A stretch of 64,000 nt of DNA from an uncultured Actinomycetes bacterium (GTDB lineage Bacteria; Actinomycetota; Thermoleophilia; UBA2241). Below, in pieces: positions 29,747-39,568 of this stretch. The notes beneath the pieces are model-generated. The model ran no database searches. It had not been told where the DNA came from and saw only the letters and a program-made list of their open reading frames with translations. A program made the position numbers and the translations under genes. Location: NCBI GenBank assembly GCA_963755025.1, contig CAVWIH010000013.1, positions 32,001-96,000 on the forward strand. Direction: 5' to 3'. Each line of letters begins with the position of its first letter. Within the stretch, counting starts at the first letter, position 1.

Positions 29747-30283
29747 GTGACAGGTGAGGCAGGGCGTGTCGTGATGGGCGGCAGCTCCGGCATCGGCGAA
29801 GCGACGGCCAAGCTCTTCGCCGCGCGCGGCGCCGAGGTGGTCATAGCGGGTCGCGACGAGAGCAAGCTGGCGCGCGCCCAGGCAGCGTGCGGCGCGAGCA
29901 GGGCCGAGGTCGTCGATGGCACCGTGCCGGCCGCCCTCAACGCGTTCTTCGCGAAGCTGGGATCCTTCGACCATCTGGTGCTTTCTCAGAGCGGCGGCAA
30001 GGGAGCGGGAGCGTTCGGTCGACTCGAGCTTGGTGGGCTGCGCGCGGCCTTCGAGGCCAAGTTCTGGGCCTACGTGCAGATCCTCCAGGCGGCGCTGCCG
30101 ACGCTGCGTGCCTCGGCCACGCTGGTGAGTGCGGGCTCGGCCCGCGCCGCCTTGGCCGGCACCAGCGGTCTGGCGGCCATCAACGGCGCCCTTGAGGCGA
30201 TGGTCGCTCCCCTGGCCGGCAACGGCTTCATGATCGCTACCGTGGTCGAGGTCGACGGTGGGGGGCACCTCGCCCGGGGCTAG
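29747..30283 (+). pseudogene. Short-chain dehydrogenase/reductase with internal deletion
   Basis: GGSSGIG; jumps from ALEAMVAPLA to NGFM..VDGG, lacking the RVNAVSPG segment. Confidence 0.7.
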
Positions 30284-30328
30284 TGACCGTCAAGCGGCGC
30301 CAGGCGGGGCAAGGCGTCGCTGCCTGAC

Positions 30329-30388
30329 TGCGAACACAGGCTCGGCGATCTGCACTGCCGCTTCGTCCTGAAGCCGTAACGTGTGGTG
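30329..30388 (-). repeat. Divergent integrase 3' tail remnant (copy F)
   Basis: Minus strand reads HHTLRLQDEAAVQIAEPVFA. Confidence 0.55.
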
Positions 30389-30538
30389 CAGCGCGGGCCC
30401 GCTCCGCACCAATTGAGCCTGGCTAGAGGTCGCTCCCGCTGCCGCAGCACCCTGCCTCGCGACCGGGACCGGTCGGCGTTCCCTTGTCCGGGGCAAAGAA
30501 ATGATCTACGGTACTATCGTCATGGTCTCGGAAGTCGA

Positions 30539-31438
30539 ATGGCAAGGCTGATCGGGATTGTCGAGCCCACCGCACAGCGGTCAGCGCCGCGCCTGCGGCT
30601 GCGCACCAAGCTGTTCGCCGGCCTGCTGGGCTTCGTCGCCGTGATCGTGCTCGTGCAGTTCGGCGCGTCGTTGCTGGCCGTGTCGCACAGCGTCCCCAGA
30701 GTCGATCGCGGGCCCACCGACCACCGCCTCGTGCTCGCCCTCTTCGTAGGTCTGGCGTTCGCGCTGCTCGCCGTCCTTGCGACGGGCGCCGTGTTCGGGC
30801 GGCCCGCGCAGCGCCTGCGCGCCGCGCTCGCAGGCCTGCTGAACGGCTGGTTCGCACGCCTGGCCCGACCGGCCCGGCTCACCGAGGTCCTCAACTGCAC
30901 GATCGAGCGCGCCGAGACCACTCACCAGCCGCTGTCCGAGGCCGTCATCTACGACACCGACACCGGCATCCTGGTGCACGCCAACGAGTTCGACCGGCGT
31001 CTCTCGCAAGAGTCCGCCCGTGCTGCGCGAGCGGGCCGGCCCCTTTCGCTCCTGCGCTTCGACATCGACCGCTTCGAGGCTCTCGTACGCGCGGTCGGCC
31101 ACCCCAGGGCCATGGACGCACTGCGTGAGGCGGCCCACATCTGGCGAGAGGGCGTGCGCGAGGGCGACGTCGTGTCGCTTTACGCAGGCGATGAGTTCGC
31201 CATCCTCCTGGCCGGCGTGACCTGCAGCCAGGCCGTCGCAGTCGCGGAGCGCCTGCGCGTTGCGGTCCATGCCGTGAACGCGACCCTCGCCTTGCCCACC
31301 GACCGGTCGTTCACCGTCTCCTTCGGCGTGAGCGCGCTCGACCCCGCAGGCTACGGCCCCGACGAAGCGACGCGGGCCTCTAAAGAGGCCCTGCGCCGCG
31401 CCAAGGCCGACGGTCGCGACCGCGTCTGCGTGGCCTGA
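30539..31438 (+). CDS. Membrane GGDEF-domain protein (degenerate AGDEF)
   Basis: Two TMs; DIDRF, GH...D, YAGDEF, TVSFGVS, AK..GRDRV. Confidence 0.8.
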   Translation: MARLIGIVEPTAQRSAPRLRLRTKLFAGLLGFVAVIVLVQFGASLLAVSHSVPRVDRGPTDHRLVLALFVGLAFALLAVLATGAVFGRPAQRLRAALAGLLNGWFARLARPARLTEVLNCTIERAETTHQPLSEAVIYDTDTGILVHANEFDRRLSQESARAARAGRPLSLLRFDIDRFEALVRAVGHPRAMDALREAAHIWREGVREGDVVSLYAGDEFAILLAGVTCSQAVAVAERLRVAVHAVNATLALPTDRSFTVSFGVSALDPAGYGPDEATRASKEALRRAKADGRDRVCVA

Positions 31439-31644
31439 TACCGACCGGTCCGGCGGCCCGGCAAGCGCGCCGCCTTGTCTCGCGGCGGCGTGGCGCGGCC
31501 GGCTCGGGCAGGGTTGGCGTGGCCGACACGGGCAGCGTAAGGCGCTGCGACGACGGTCTTGCGGCGGCGTTCTCCTGACGATGCGGGTTCGCGGTCGCCG
31601 TGCGCCGATACTTTTCGGCGAAAGTCCCGTCTAATCGAACGGCA

Positions 31645-32298
31645 ATGGCCAACCGATCGAGCCGGGACGGGACAGTGGCATCTGCGGAACAGGCTCTCGA
31701 GCCGGGCGCAACCCTCCCGCACAGCCGTCAGCTGTGGGAGACTGGCCTGGTGGCGGAGACCGCTGAGACCGACGCTCACCCGAAGGCCGCCAAAGGGGGA
31801 AACGGCGACGAGTTCGTCGACCTCTTCATGGCGCACGAGCGTCGCCTTCGACTGCTGGCGTTCGGTGTGCTGCGCGACCCCGACCTGGTCGACGATGCGC
31901 TCCAGGAGACCGCCTTGCGCGCCTTTCGCTCGCTGGGCAAGTTCCGTGGCGAAGCCCGCGTCGGCACCTGGCTGCACCGCATCGCTCTCCGCGTCTGCTT
32001 CGACATGATCGCCGACACCAAGCGCCAGCTCGCGCTGGCGGAGCGGGCCCGGCCCTGCGAGTTCGCTGCCGCCGACCCCGACACCGCGCTCGATGAGCAA
32101 AACCGGCTGGCAAAGGCGTTGGCGCAGCTCTCGCCGCAGCAGCGAGCGGTCGTGGTGGTGGTGCTGCAGCTCGGCTTCGACCTGCGCAGTGCGGCGACGA
32201 TCCTTGCCATCCCGCGCGGCACCGTCGCATCTCGCCTGCACGCCGCACGCCAGGAGCTGATGGCGGCGCTTCTTATCAAGGAGGAACTGCGTGTCTGA
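31645..32298 (+). CDS. ECF RNA polymerase sigma factor
   Basis: DDALQET..FRGEA..TWL.RI; region 4 IPRGTVASRL; start uncertain. Confidence 0.85.
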   Translation: MANRSSRDGTVASAEQALEPGATLPHSRQLWETGLVAETAETDAHPKAAKGGNGDEFVDLFMAHERRLRLLAFGVLRDPDLVDDALQETALRAFRSLGKFRGEARVGTWLHRIALRVCFDMIADTKRQLALAERARPCEFAAADPDTALDEQNRLAKALAQLSPQQRAVVVVVLQLGFDLRSAATILAIPRGTVASRLHAARQELMAALLIKEELRV

Positions 32299-32863
32299 CG
32301 ACTCCGACGTGCTGGCGGCTGGTCTGCGTGAACTTGCCGAGCACGAAGCCCCACCGGCCGGCGAGCGCTTCGAAGCCGGCCTTCGACAGGCGCTGCGCTG
32401 GGAGCAGCGCCGTCGTCGCGCCCAGAGGCGCCGGCTCGTGGCGCTCGGATGCCTGGCTGCCGTGTTCGTCGCGATCGTGGTGGCCTTGGCGATGCCGGGC
32501 AGCGCCCGACTCCTGCCATCGCCGGTGGGTGGCGAGTTGCGTCGCCTCGACGCGCAGACGAGCGACCTGCAGGCGCAGCTCTCGGCTCAGGCGGCCGTCC
32601 GGGCGCAACTTAGCCGCCGACTGGCAGCGCGAGCGGCAGTCGCCGAGAGGAGCCCGCTGGCCGCCCGGCGCCCGAAGGCGGCCAAACAGTCGGTCGGCCC
32701 TTCCGTGTCGGATCTCTGGTCGGGGGGCTGGGCCTACGTGCGTCCCGCGCCCTCGCCGAACCCCGCCGGCGCCCGCCCGGCCGAGGCCGCACCGCTCGCC
32801 ACGCCGCAGTCATCGAGTCCCACGCCAACGCCAGCGCCGACGCCGAGTCCGACGTCGCCGTGA
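32291..32863 (+). CDS. Single-TM putative anti-sigma factor with Pro/Thr-rich tail
   Basis: Overlaps sigma stop; TM, coiled coil, PTPTPAPTPSP. Confidence 0.6.
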   Translation: MSDDSDVLAAGLRELAEHEAPPAGERFEAGLRQALRWEQRRRRAQRRRLVALGCLAAVFVAIVVALAMPGSARLLPSPVGGELRRLDAQTSDLQAQLSAQAAVRAQLSRRLAARAAVAERSPLAARRPKAAKQSVGPSVSDLWSGGWAYVRPAPSPNPAGARPAEAAPLATPQSSSPTPTPAPTPSPTSP

Positions 32864-32911
32864 CCAGGACCGTGCGCAGCAGGGTCGCCTTGCCGGAGAA
32901 AGGACGTTGAG

Positions 32912-34993
32912 ATGAGAGCTTCGAGTCGCTCCTCGCGATGGTTCGTAGTGGCGCTATGTGTCGCAACGCTGTCGTTGCTTGTCCTGCCGGCCTCAGCCTT
33001 CGCACTGACCAGCACGGGCGACGGTGGCTGGCAGTGGCTCGACCCGCAGCCGCAAGGCAACAACCTGGAGGCGGTGGTCGCCTTTGACGCCCTGCACGCA
33101 GTGACCGGCGGCGACAACGGCGCGCTGCTGACGACAAGCGATGGGGGCGCAAGCTGGAGCGGCCACGACCTCGGCATCGCCTCCTCACACATCGCGGCCC
33201 TCAGTTTCGTCGGTGCGCTGGACGGCTGGGCGGCGATCTGGCAGCAGGACCACAATGGCGGCAGGAACAGGGCCTACCTCGCCCATACGACCGACGGCGG
33301 GGCGACGTGGACCTCTCAGCGCTTCGCCTGGTTTCCCACCGCGCTTGATTTTGTCGACGCGAGCCACGGCTGGGTAGGCACCGGCGGCGGCGTCTGGTCC
33401 ACGACCAACGGCGGCCGCACCTGGAAGTCGCACGCGCTGCGCGCGGGCTGGGCATTCTCCAGCATCGACTTCATCGACGCCAGCCACGGCTGGGCAGCCG
33501 GTGCGGTATCGATCCCGAGCGATCCCAATGCGGGTTCCACTGCCGCCGTCTTCGCGACCAGCGACGGCGGAGTGACGTGGCACAGGCAGTCCCTCGGCGT
33601 GGATTCAGACCAGATGAACACGGTCAGCTTCGTCAATGCAAACGACGGCTGGGCGGTAGGCGAAGGCAGCGACCTTGGGGGCGCCGGCACGATCGTCGCC
33701 ACCACCGACGGCGGCGTCACCTGGAGTCCGCAGAGCGCGGGCACCGACTCGACCCTGAGCGGCGTCACCTTCGTCGACGCCGAGCACGGCTGGTTGCCGG
33801 AAGGCGACAGTATCTACGCCACTTCGGACGGCGGCGCCACCTGGACGGCGCACGACGCAGGGATCCCGGTGACTGCCGTGTCGTTTGCCGACGATTCGTA
33901 CGGCGATGCAGTCGGGCCCGGCGGCGCCGTGGCGACTACCACCGACGGCGGCGTCACCTGGCAGGTGCGCAGCAGCACGACTCCCGCTGGGGGCATGCCG
34001 AACCCCGCCCCCGGCTTTCTCATCTCGATCAGACCGGTCACGGTCGGTCTGGCCTTCCCCGATGCGACCCACGGCTGGGCCGTGGCCGGCCGCACCATCC
34101 TGGCGACCAGCGACGGCGGGCTCACGTGGGCGAGCCAGACGACTACTGCCGACCTCACCAATGTGAGCTTCCCCGACGCGACCGACGGTTGGGCTGTGGG
34201 CGCAAGTGGCGTGGCCGATCAGTCCCCGGTGATCCTCCATACCGGCGATGCCGGGCAAAGCTGGCAGACCCAGCACAGCGGCGCTGCGCAGGCCCACGGC
34301 TTTCGCGGCTTTACCGCTGTGGACGCGATCGATGCCGACCACGCCTGGGTCACCGGTTCCAGCGGCGCCATTCCAACGGCCGCCGCCCGTCCGATCGTCG
34401 GGCTCACCACCGACGGCGGGACCGACTGGAAGTTCGTGAAGCTCGGCTACGCACACACCATCGCCGACGCCGTGAGCTTCGTCGACGCGCAGCAGGGCTG
34501 GGCGATCTGCGCGCCCTTCAACGACGACGCGACGGCGTCGGTCATTGTGCACACGACCGACGGTGGGCTCACCTGGAAGCTGCAGGACAGGACGAAGCTC
34601 CAGATCACGCTGCGCGACATCACCTTCGTCGACCGGCTCCACGGCTGGGCGGTCGGGCAATCGAGCGACCCGTCGGGCGCCTGCATCGTACTGTCCACGC
34701 GAAACGGCGGTCGCACCTGGAGCAGGCAGAACCTCTCCAGCCCATGGGCCTGGGCCGGCCAGCAGGTCCGGTTCATCGGTCACCTCCACGGCTGGGTCGT
34801 CTGCGGACCGCTCATCTGGGCCACGGTCGACGGCGGCCGTCACTGGCGGCTGCAGCGTCCCGGCGGCGAGGTCGGCGCCGTGGCCTTTGTCGATCGCGAC
34901 CGCGGTTGGGCGATCACCGATTCCGGCGAGTGGACGTACGGCTCGGCCGGGATCGTCGCGACGACGACGGGGGGGTTCCGCCCCGGACAGTAG
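32912..34993 (+). CDS. YCF48/BNR-repeat secreted beta-propeller protein
   Basis: Signal peptide; repeated T.DGG.TW and F.D..HGW. Confidence 0.85.
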   Translation: MRASSRSSRWFVVALCVATLSLLVLPASAFALTSTGDGGWQWLDPQPQGNNLEAVVAFDALHAVTGGDNGALLTTSDGGASWSGHDLGIASSHIAALSFVGALDGWAAIWQQDHNGGRNRAYLAHTTDGGATWTSQRFAWFPTALDFVDASHGWVGTGGGVWSTTNGGRTWKSHALRAGWAFSSIDFIDASHGWAAGAVSIPSDPNAGSTAAVFATSDGGVTWHRQSLGVDSDQMNTVSFVNANDGWAVGEGSDLGGAGTIVATTDGGVTWSPQSAGTDSTLSGVTFVDAEHGWLPEGDSIYATSDGGATWTAHDAGIPVTAVSFADDSYGDAVGPGGAVATTTDGGVTWQVRSSTTPAGGMPNPAPGFLISIRPVTVGLAFPDATHGWAVAGRTILATSDGGLTWASQTTTADLTNVSFPDATDGWAVGASGVADQSPVILHTGDAGQSWQTQHSGAAQAHGFRGFTAVDAIDADHAWVTGSSGAIPTAAARPIVGLTTDGGTDWKFVKLGYAHTIADAVSFVDAQQGWAICAPFNDDATASVIVHTTDGGLTWKLQDRTKLQITLRDITFVDRLHGWAVGQSSDPSGACIVLSTRNGGRTWSRQNLSSPWAWAGQQVRFIGHLHGWVVCGPLIWATVDGGRHWRLQRPGGEVGAVAFVDRDRGWAITDSGEWTYGSAGIVATTTGGFRPGQ

Positions 34994-35057
34994 TCGGGGC
35001 GGGTCGACAAGCGGTTCTGCGGGGGGCCGAAGATCGGAGGCGACGAAGGCTGCTCCT

Positions 35058-35447
35058 CTAGGAATCAGCCGCCAGGACCGTTGTCGGCGCGAACTCCTGC
35101 CCGGGCTCGGCGTAGTACTCCTCTACAGTGATGCGTCGCACCAGGATCAGGGTCTTCAGGTAGAGCGCCGGGCTCGGGTTGAGTCGATCGCGGGTCTCCG
35201 CATCGCCACGAAAGTAGAGATGCTCGCGCTCGACGACCCTGAACGGTGACACGGTCCCGCCCCAGCCGAACGCCTGTGCCTGAGTATCGCCGGTGCTGCT
35301 CCTCGGCAGGAGAAGAACGTCTCCGACCTCCGGCAGCGGCGCATCGGAGGGAAGATACTCAAGCACGCCCGGATCGAACGACGGACGGCCTTCGCCGGGC
35401 TCCATGAGGTAGGCTTCGACGGGCTCGCTGCTCCTGCGACTCGACAC
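35058..35447 (-). CDS. Hypothetical protein
   Basis: GGAGGAG RBS before GTG 35447; PLPEVGD..FRVVEREH. Confidence 0.6.
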   Translation of the reverse strand: MSSRRSSEPVEAYLMEPGEGRPSFDPGVLEYLPSDAPLPEVGDVLLLPRSSTGDTQAQAFGWGGTVSPFRVVEREHLYFRGDAETRDRLNPSPALYLKTLILVRRITVEEYYAEPGQEFAPTTVLAADS

Positions 35448-35796
35448 AGTGGTCTCCTCCTCGCATGCCGTGCGCGCCGTGTGACGGCCGGCTGGATCTC
35501 TTCCACTCGACGATAGTCCCACCACTGGTTCGCGGTCCACCCGCTTCCCTGCCCGACTGGGCCTGTCCCGGTACGGTGCGTCGGCCACTCTGAAGAGTCG
35601 ATGGCGAAGGCCGGCACATCGCGCCGGCTCGCCAACGTACACGACGAGAGTAGGATAGCCGGCGAGGGGGCGGGCTGTGCGAGTGCAGCCCGCTGAGCCC
35701 TTCGGCAACCGCCAAGCCAGTGCCAGGGCCGGTGTCATCACGGCGAGCTAGCGGGCCTCGCGCTCTGCGTGTGGCACGAACTTCAAAAGGAGCGCC

Positions 35797-36255
35797 ATGC
35801 ACTCTGGACCGCAGCCGACGCCACGCCCGACGAGCCTTGACCTGGTGGGCCAGTGGCGCGCCCTGATGTCGTTCGAGAGCGGGGAGTTCGCCGCCGTCGG
35901 GGGCCTCGAGTTCATGTACGTGTACAACCTCGGCGGCACCATGACCGAGTCGTCGAACTACGACGCGGCGCCGCCGGTGCCCCCCGCCTACGGTATCTGG
36001 CGCCAGACGGGTCCGGGGCGCTTCGAGGTGAAGTACGAGTTCTACCCGACCACACCGCCGCGCGCCGTCGACGAGCTCGCCCTGGGCGGCGGTTGGCTGC
36101 CTGCGGGTCGCGGCGTGTTCTTCGAGACCGTCACGATCGCCGACGACGGCGAGACGTACTCCTCAACCGTGGGCTACGAGGCGCTGGATGGCGCGGGCGC
36201 GTCGCTCCCGGGCAGTGGCCGGGGCACGGCCGCCGGGACCAGACTGCGCTTCTGA
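35797..36255 (+). CDS. Hypothetical beta-barrel (lipocalin-like) protein
   Basis: AAGGAG RBS; LVGQW..YGIWRQTG. Confidence 0.65.
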   Translation: MHSGPQPTPRPTSLDLVGQWRALMSFESGEFAAVGGLEFMYVYNLGGTMTESSNYDAAPPVPPAYGIWRQTGPGRFEVKYEFYPTTPPRAVDELALGGGWLPAGRGVFFETVTIADDGETYSSTVGYEALDGAGASLPGSGRGTAAGTRLRF

Positions 36256-36492
36256 CAGGGAGCGCCCGGCGCGTGCGGAGGAGCGCCCGGCGCGGGCCGA
36301 GCCATCCCCTGCGCGGGACCCCGGGCTGCTGCGCATGCGATTCCGAGGTAAAGTTGGCTACAGGGGCCTATCGCGTCGGGCAGACGGCCCTGCGCGGCAG
36401 CACAAGCGCGAGTGTCTCGGAAGGGGTCAGATGAGGGGAACGCCGCCGACACGGTCCTCGGCACATGGCTGGTACGCCCTGCGGCAGCAGTT

Positions 36493-38904
36493 GTGAGCCG
36501 GGACTTTTCGTATGTGGGCACGTATCTGCCCACCTCCGACGCGGCGGTCAAAGCCAGGGGAGCGCTGGTCTACGGCAGCGACATGAAGGTGCCGAACATG
36601 CTGCACGCCAGGCTGCTGCTCAGCGAGATACCCCACGGCATCGTCGCCGGCATCGACGCCTCGCAGGCCGAAGCGCTGCCCGGCGTGGTGGCCGTGTTCA
36701 CCTGCTTCAACACCCCCGATACTCCCTACAGCCGCTATCGGCTCATGCCGGGGCAGGAGTCGTGCCCCGAAGACGAGACGCTGTTCTCGCGACACGTGCG
36801 CTACGTCGGCGATCGCGTCGCCGCCGTGGTGGCGACGTCACAGGCCGTCGCCAACGCGGCCGTGCGCCTTATCAGGGTCGCCTACGAAGAGCTGCCCGCA
36901 CTGCTCACGCCAGACGAGTCGCTGTGCAGCGACGTGCGGCTGCACCCGCAGGGCAACCTGCTGCACGAGTACCGCTTCGAGCACGGAGAGCCGCAGGCGG
37001 CCGACCGTGAGACGCTCGGCCCCGCGGCGCTCGACCCCGCAGCGCTCGACCGCGTGGCGGCCGACCGCGAGACGCTCGTCACGACGACCTGTACGAACAC
37101 GCAGCGCATCCACCAGGCCGCCATGGAGCCGCACGTCTGTCTCGCCTCCTACGACGGGTCGGAGAACCTCACCATCTGGAGCCCGTCGCAAGGCGTGTTC
37201 GGCGTCCGGACGGTGGTCGCCGACCTTCTCGGGCTCAGTTACAACCAGGTCAGAGTGATCAAGGTCCCTACCGGCGGGTCGTTCGGCGCAAAGCAGGAGT
37301 TCATTCTCGAGCCCCTCACCGCTTATATGGCGATGCAGGTCGGCAAGCCCGTCAAGCTCGCGCTCGATCGCAGGCAGTGCATCAGGGCCACCACGAACCG
37401 GCCGCCGACGGCGTCGACCGTCCGCACGACGGTCTCCCCCGACGGAAGGCTGCGCGAGATGGCGATCGAGACGGTCTTCGACGCCGGCGCCTACGCGACG
37501 TGCTCGATCGACTACGCCGAAGCGATGGCTCACAAGGTGCCGCGGCTCTATCGGATACCGCGCTACGTGCACCACGGTCGGGTGGCCTACACGACCACGC
37601 CGATCACCGGCGGCGCACGGGGCTGGGGCGCTCCCGAGATCATCACCGCGGTCGAGATCCATCTCGACCTGGTGGCCAGGGAGCTCGGCATGGACCCCGT
37701 CGACGTGCGCCTCATGAACCTGGTGCATCCCTACGACATCGACGCAGGCTCGAAGCTGCCGCTGGGCGACGCCCGGGTGCGCGACTGTCTCGAGCAGGGC
37801 GCCGAGGCCTTTCGCTTTCGGGCGCGGCGCGCCAGGCCTGCGGGCGACGGGCCGCTGCGCCGCGGCGTAGGCGTAGCCTGCGGTGCCCACAAGAACAGCC
37901 AGACGAGCGGCGACTTCATCGACCACAGCACGATGACCCTCAAGATGAACGAAGACGGCAGCCTCGCCCTGAACGCCAGCCTGCACGAGATCGGCAGCGG
38001 CGTTCTTGCCTCGATGAAGGTGATCGTGGGCGAGGTCCTGCACGTGCCGCCCGACCGCGTGGCGGTGCGCGAAGCCGACACCGACGTCAGCCCCTACGAC
38101 TTCGGCACCTACGGCAGCCGGGTCACGTACGTCTGTGGCGCCTGTGCCCATGCCGTCGCCCAGCTCCTGAAGGAGCAGCTCCTGCAGATGGCCGCCGAGC
38201 TGCTCGAGGTGCCCGCCGCGAGCCTGGTCGCCGACCACGGGCGGGTCTACCCGGCCGCCGATGCATCCCGCGGCCTGACCTACGCCGACATCGCCACGAC
38301 CATCAAGACGAAGCGTGGGCGCGACCTCATCGCCACCTACACCCATTCGGCGGTGACCAACCCGGGCGCCTACTCGGTGCAGTTCGCCGAGGTCGAGGTC
38401 GACTGCGAGACCGGTGCCTGCAGCGTCACCGACTTTCTGGCCGTCGGCGACGTGGGGCAGGCCATCAACAAGGGCGTGGTCGAGGGTCAGTTCCGCGGCG
38501 GCGTGCAGATGGGAATCGGCTACGCCCTGTCCGAGGAGGTCATTCTCGACAGCTCCGGACGGCCCTGTCAGACGGGCTTCGAGGACTACCGTCTGGCCAC
38601 GATGCTCGACCTGCCCGACATAGGCGTGCTGCTCGTCGAGCACCAGGCGGATGCCGGGCCGTTTGGCGCGAAGAGCGTCGGCGAGATCGCTGCGGTGCCC
38701 GCGGCGGCGGCGGTCGTGAACGCCGTCAACCACGCCCTCGGCACGTCGCTCACGGACATACCCGTGACCCCCGCGAAGATCCTCGCCGCCCTGGCGGCAA
38801 GCGTCCCGCTCCTCGACGAAGCCGCGGCCTTGGCCGAGCTCGTGCCGGCGTTGGCCGAGCTTGCGCCGGCGTCCGACGGGGAGGCCGACAGTGTGCTTGT
38901 CTAG
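36493..38904 (+). CDS. Xanthine dehydrogenase family molybdopterin-binding subunit
   Basis: VRYVGDRVAAV, MEPH, GGSFGAK, RGWG, GTYGSR, GAKSVGE; start uncertain (36412/36493). Confidence 0.92.
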   Translation: MSRDFSYVGTYLPTSDAAVKARGALVYGSDMKVPNMLHARLLLSEIPHGIVAGIDASQAEALPGVVAVFTCFNTPDTPYSRYRLMPGQESCPEDETLFSRHVRYVGDRVAAVVATSQAVANAAVRLIRVAYEELPALLTPDESLCSDVRLHPQGNLLHEYRFEHGEPQAADRETLGPAALDPAALDRVAADRETLVTTTCTNTQRIHQAAMEPHVCLASYDGSENLTIWSPSQGVFGVRTVVADLLGLSYNQVRVIKVPTGGSFGAKQEFILEPLTAYMAMQVGKPVKLALDRRQCIRATTNRPPTASTVRTTVSPDGRLREMAIETVFDAGAYATCSIDYAEAMAHKVPRLYRIPRYVHHGRVAYTTTPITGGARGWGAPEIITAVEIHLDLVARELGMDPVDVRLMNLVHPYDIDAGSKLPLGDARVRDCLEQGAEAFRFRARRARPAGDGPLRRGVGVACGAHKNSQTSGDFIDHSTMTLKMNEDGSLALNASLHEIGSGVLASMKVIVGEVLHVPPDRVAVREADTDVSPYDFGTYGSRVTYVCGACAHAVAQLLKEQLLQMAAELLEVPAASLVADHGRVYPAADASRGLTYADIATTIKTKRGRDLIATYTHSAVTNPGAYSVQFAEVEVDCETGACSVTDFLAVGDVGQAINKGVVEGQFRGGVQMGIGYALSEEVILDSSGRPCQTGFEDYRLATMLDLPDIGVLLVEHQADAGPFGAKSVGEIAAVPAAAAVVNAVNHALGTSLTDIPVTPAKILAALAASVPLLDEAAALAELVPALAELAPASDGEADSVLV

Positions 38905-39568
38905 CGAGGCGCTCGAGCGGTCCGACGGGGCGCTGGAGCGGTCCGGCGAGGCGTTCGAGCGGTCCGACGGGGCCTATGAGCGGGCCGACGAGGGGCGCAG
39001 CGCCGAGCAGCCGCCGTCGTCGACGATCGCGCTGCGTGTCAACGGGCAGCGCCACGAGCTCGTCGTCGGCCGCGACTTCTGGCCGGGCGCTTCGCTTGCC
39101 GAGGTGCTGCGCGAGTGCCTGGGGCTCACCGGCGTCAAGATCGCCTGCGATCAGGGGGCGTGCGGCGCCTGCACCGTCATCATGGACAAACGGCCCGTGC
39201 TCTCCTGCATGGTGCTGGCCGCGCAGACCGACGGCGCCGACATCTTGACGGTCGAAGGGCTCGCCGCCGACGACCCGCTGATCGTCGCCTTCGCGACCGA
39301 GTCGCAGCCGGGCCACGGCACCGCCATCCAGTGCGGCTACTGCACGCCCGGCATGATCCTGGCGGCCAAGGCCCTGCTCCTGCGCGTCGCGCACCCCACA
39401 GCCGAGCAGGTCGTCGCGGCGCTCGCCGGCAACATCTGCCGCTGCGGCTGCTACGAGGGCATCGTCGACGCCGTCGTCAGGGCCGGCCGGGCAGGCGGAC
39501 CCATGCCCGCCGGCCGTTCGAGCGAGCCTGTGCCTGCGGGCGAGCCGTCGCGCGGCGCGGCGTCATGA
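38897..39568 (+). CDS. Xanthine dehydrogenase family (2Fe-2S) subunit
   Basis: CDQGACGACTV..SC; QCGYCTPG; GNICRC. Confidence 0.92.
   Translation: MSSEALERSDGALERSGEAFERSDGAYERADEGRSAEQPPSSTIALRVNGQRHELVVGRDFWPGASLAEVLRECLGLTGVKIACDQGACGACTVIMDKRPVLSCMVLAAQTDGADILTVEGLAADDPLIVAFATESQPGHGTAIQCGYCTPGMILAAKALLLRVAHPTAEQVVAALAGNICRCGCYEGIVDAVVRAGRAGGPMPAGRSSEPVPAGEPSRGAAS

Noticed and set aside
27351-34993. Recurrent GACGGCGGC..ACCTGG motifs as a CRISPR or DGR-type repeat system
   Set aside because: They are coding BNR/YCF48 repeats with irregular spacing; no cas or reverse transcriptase gene in the window.
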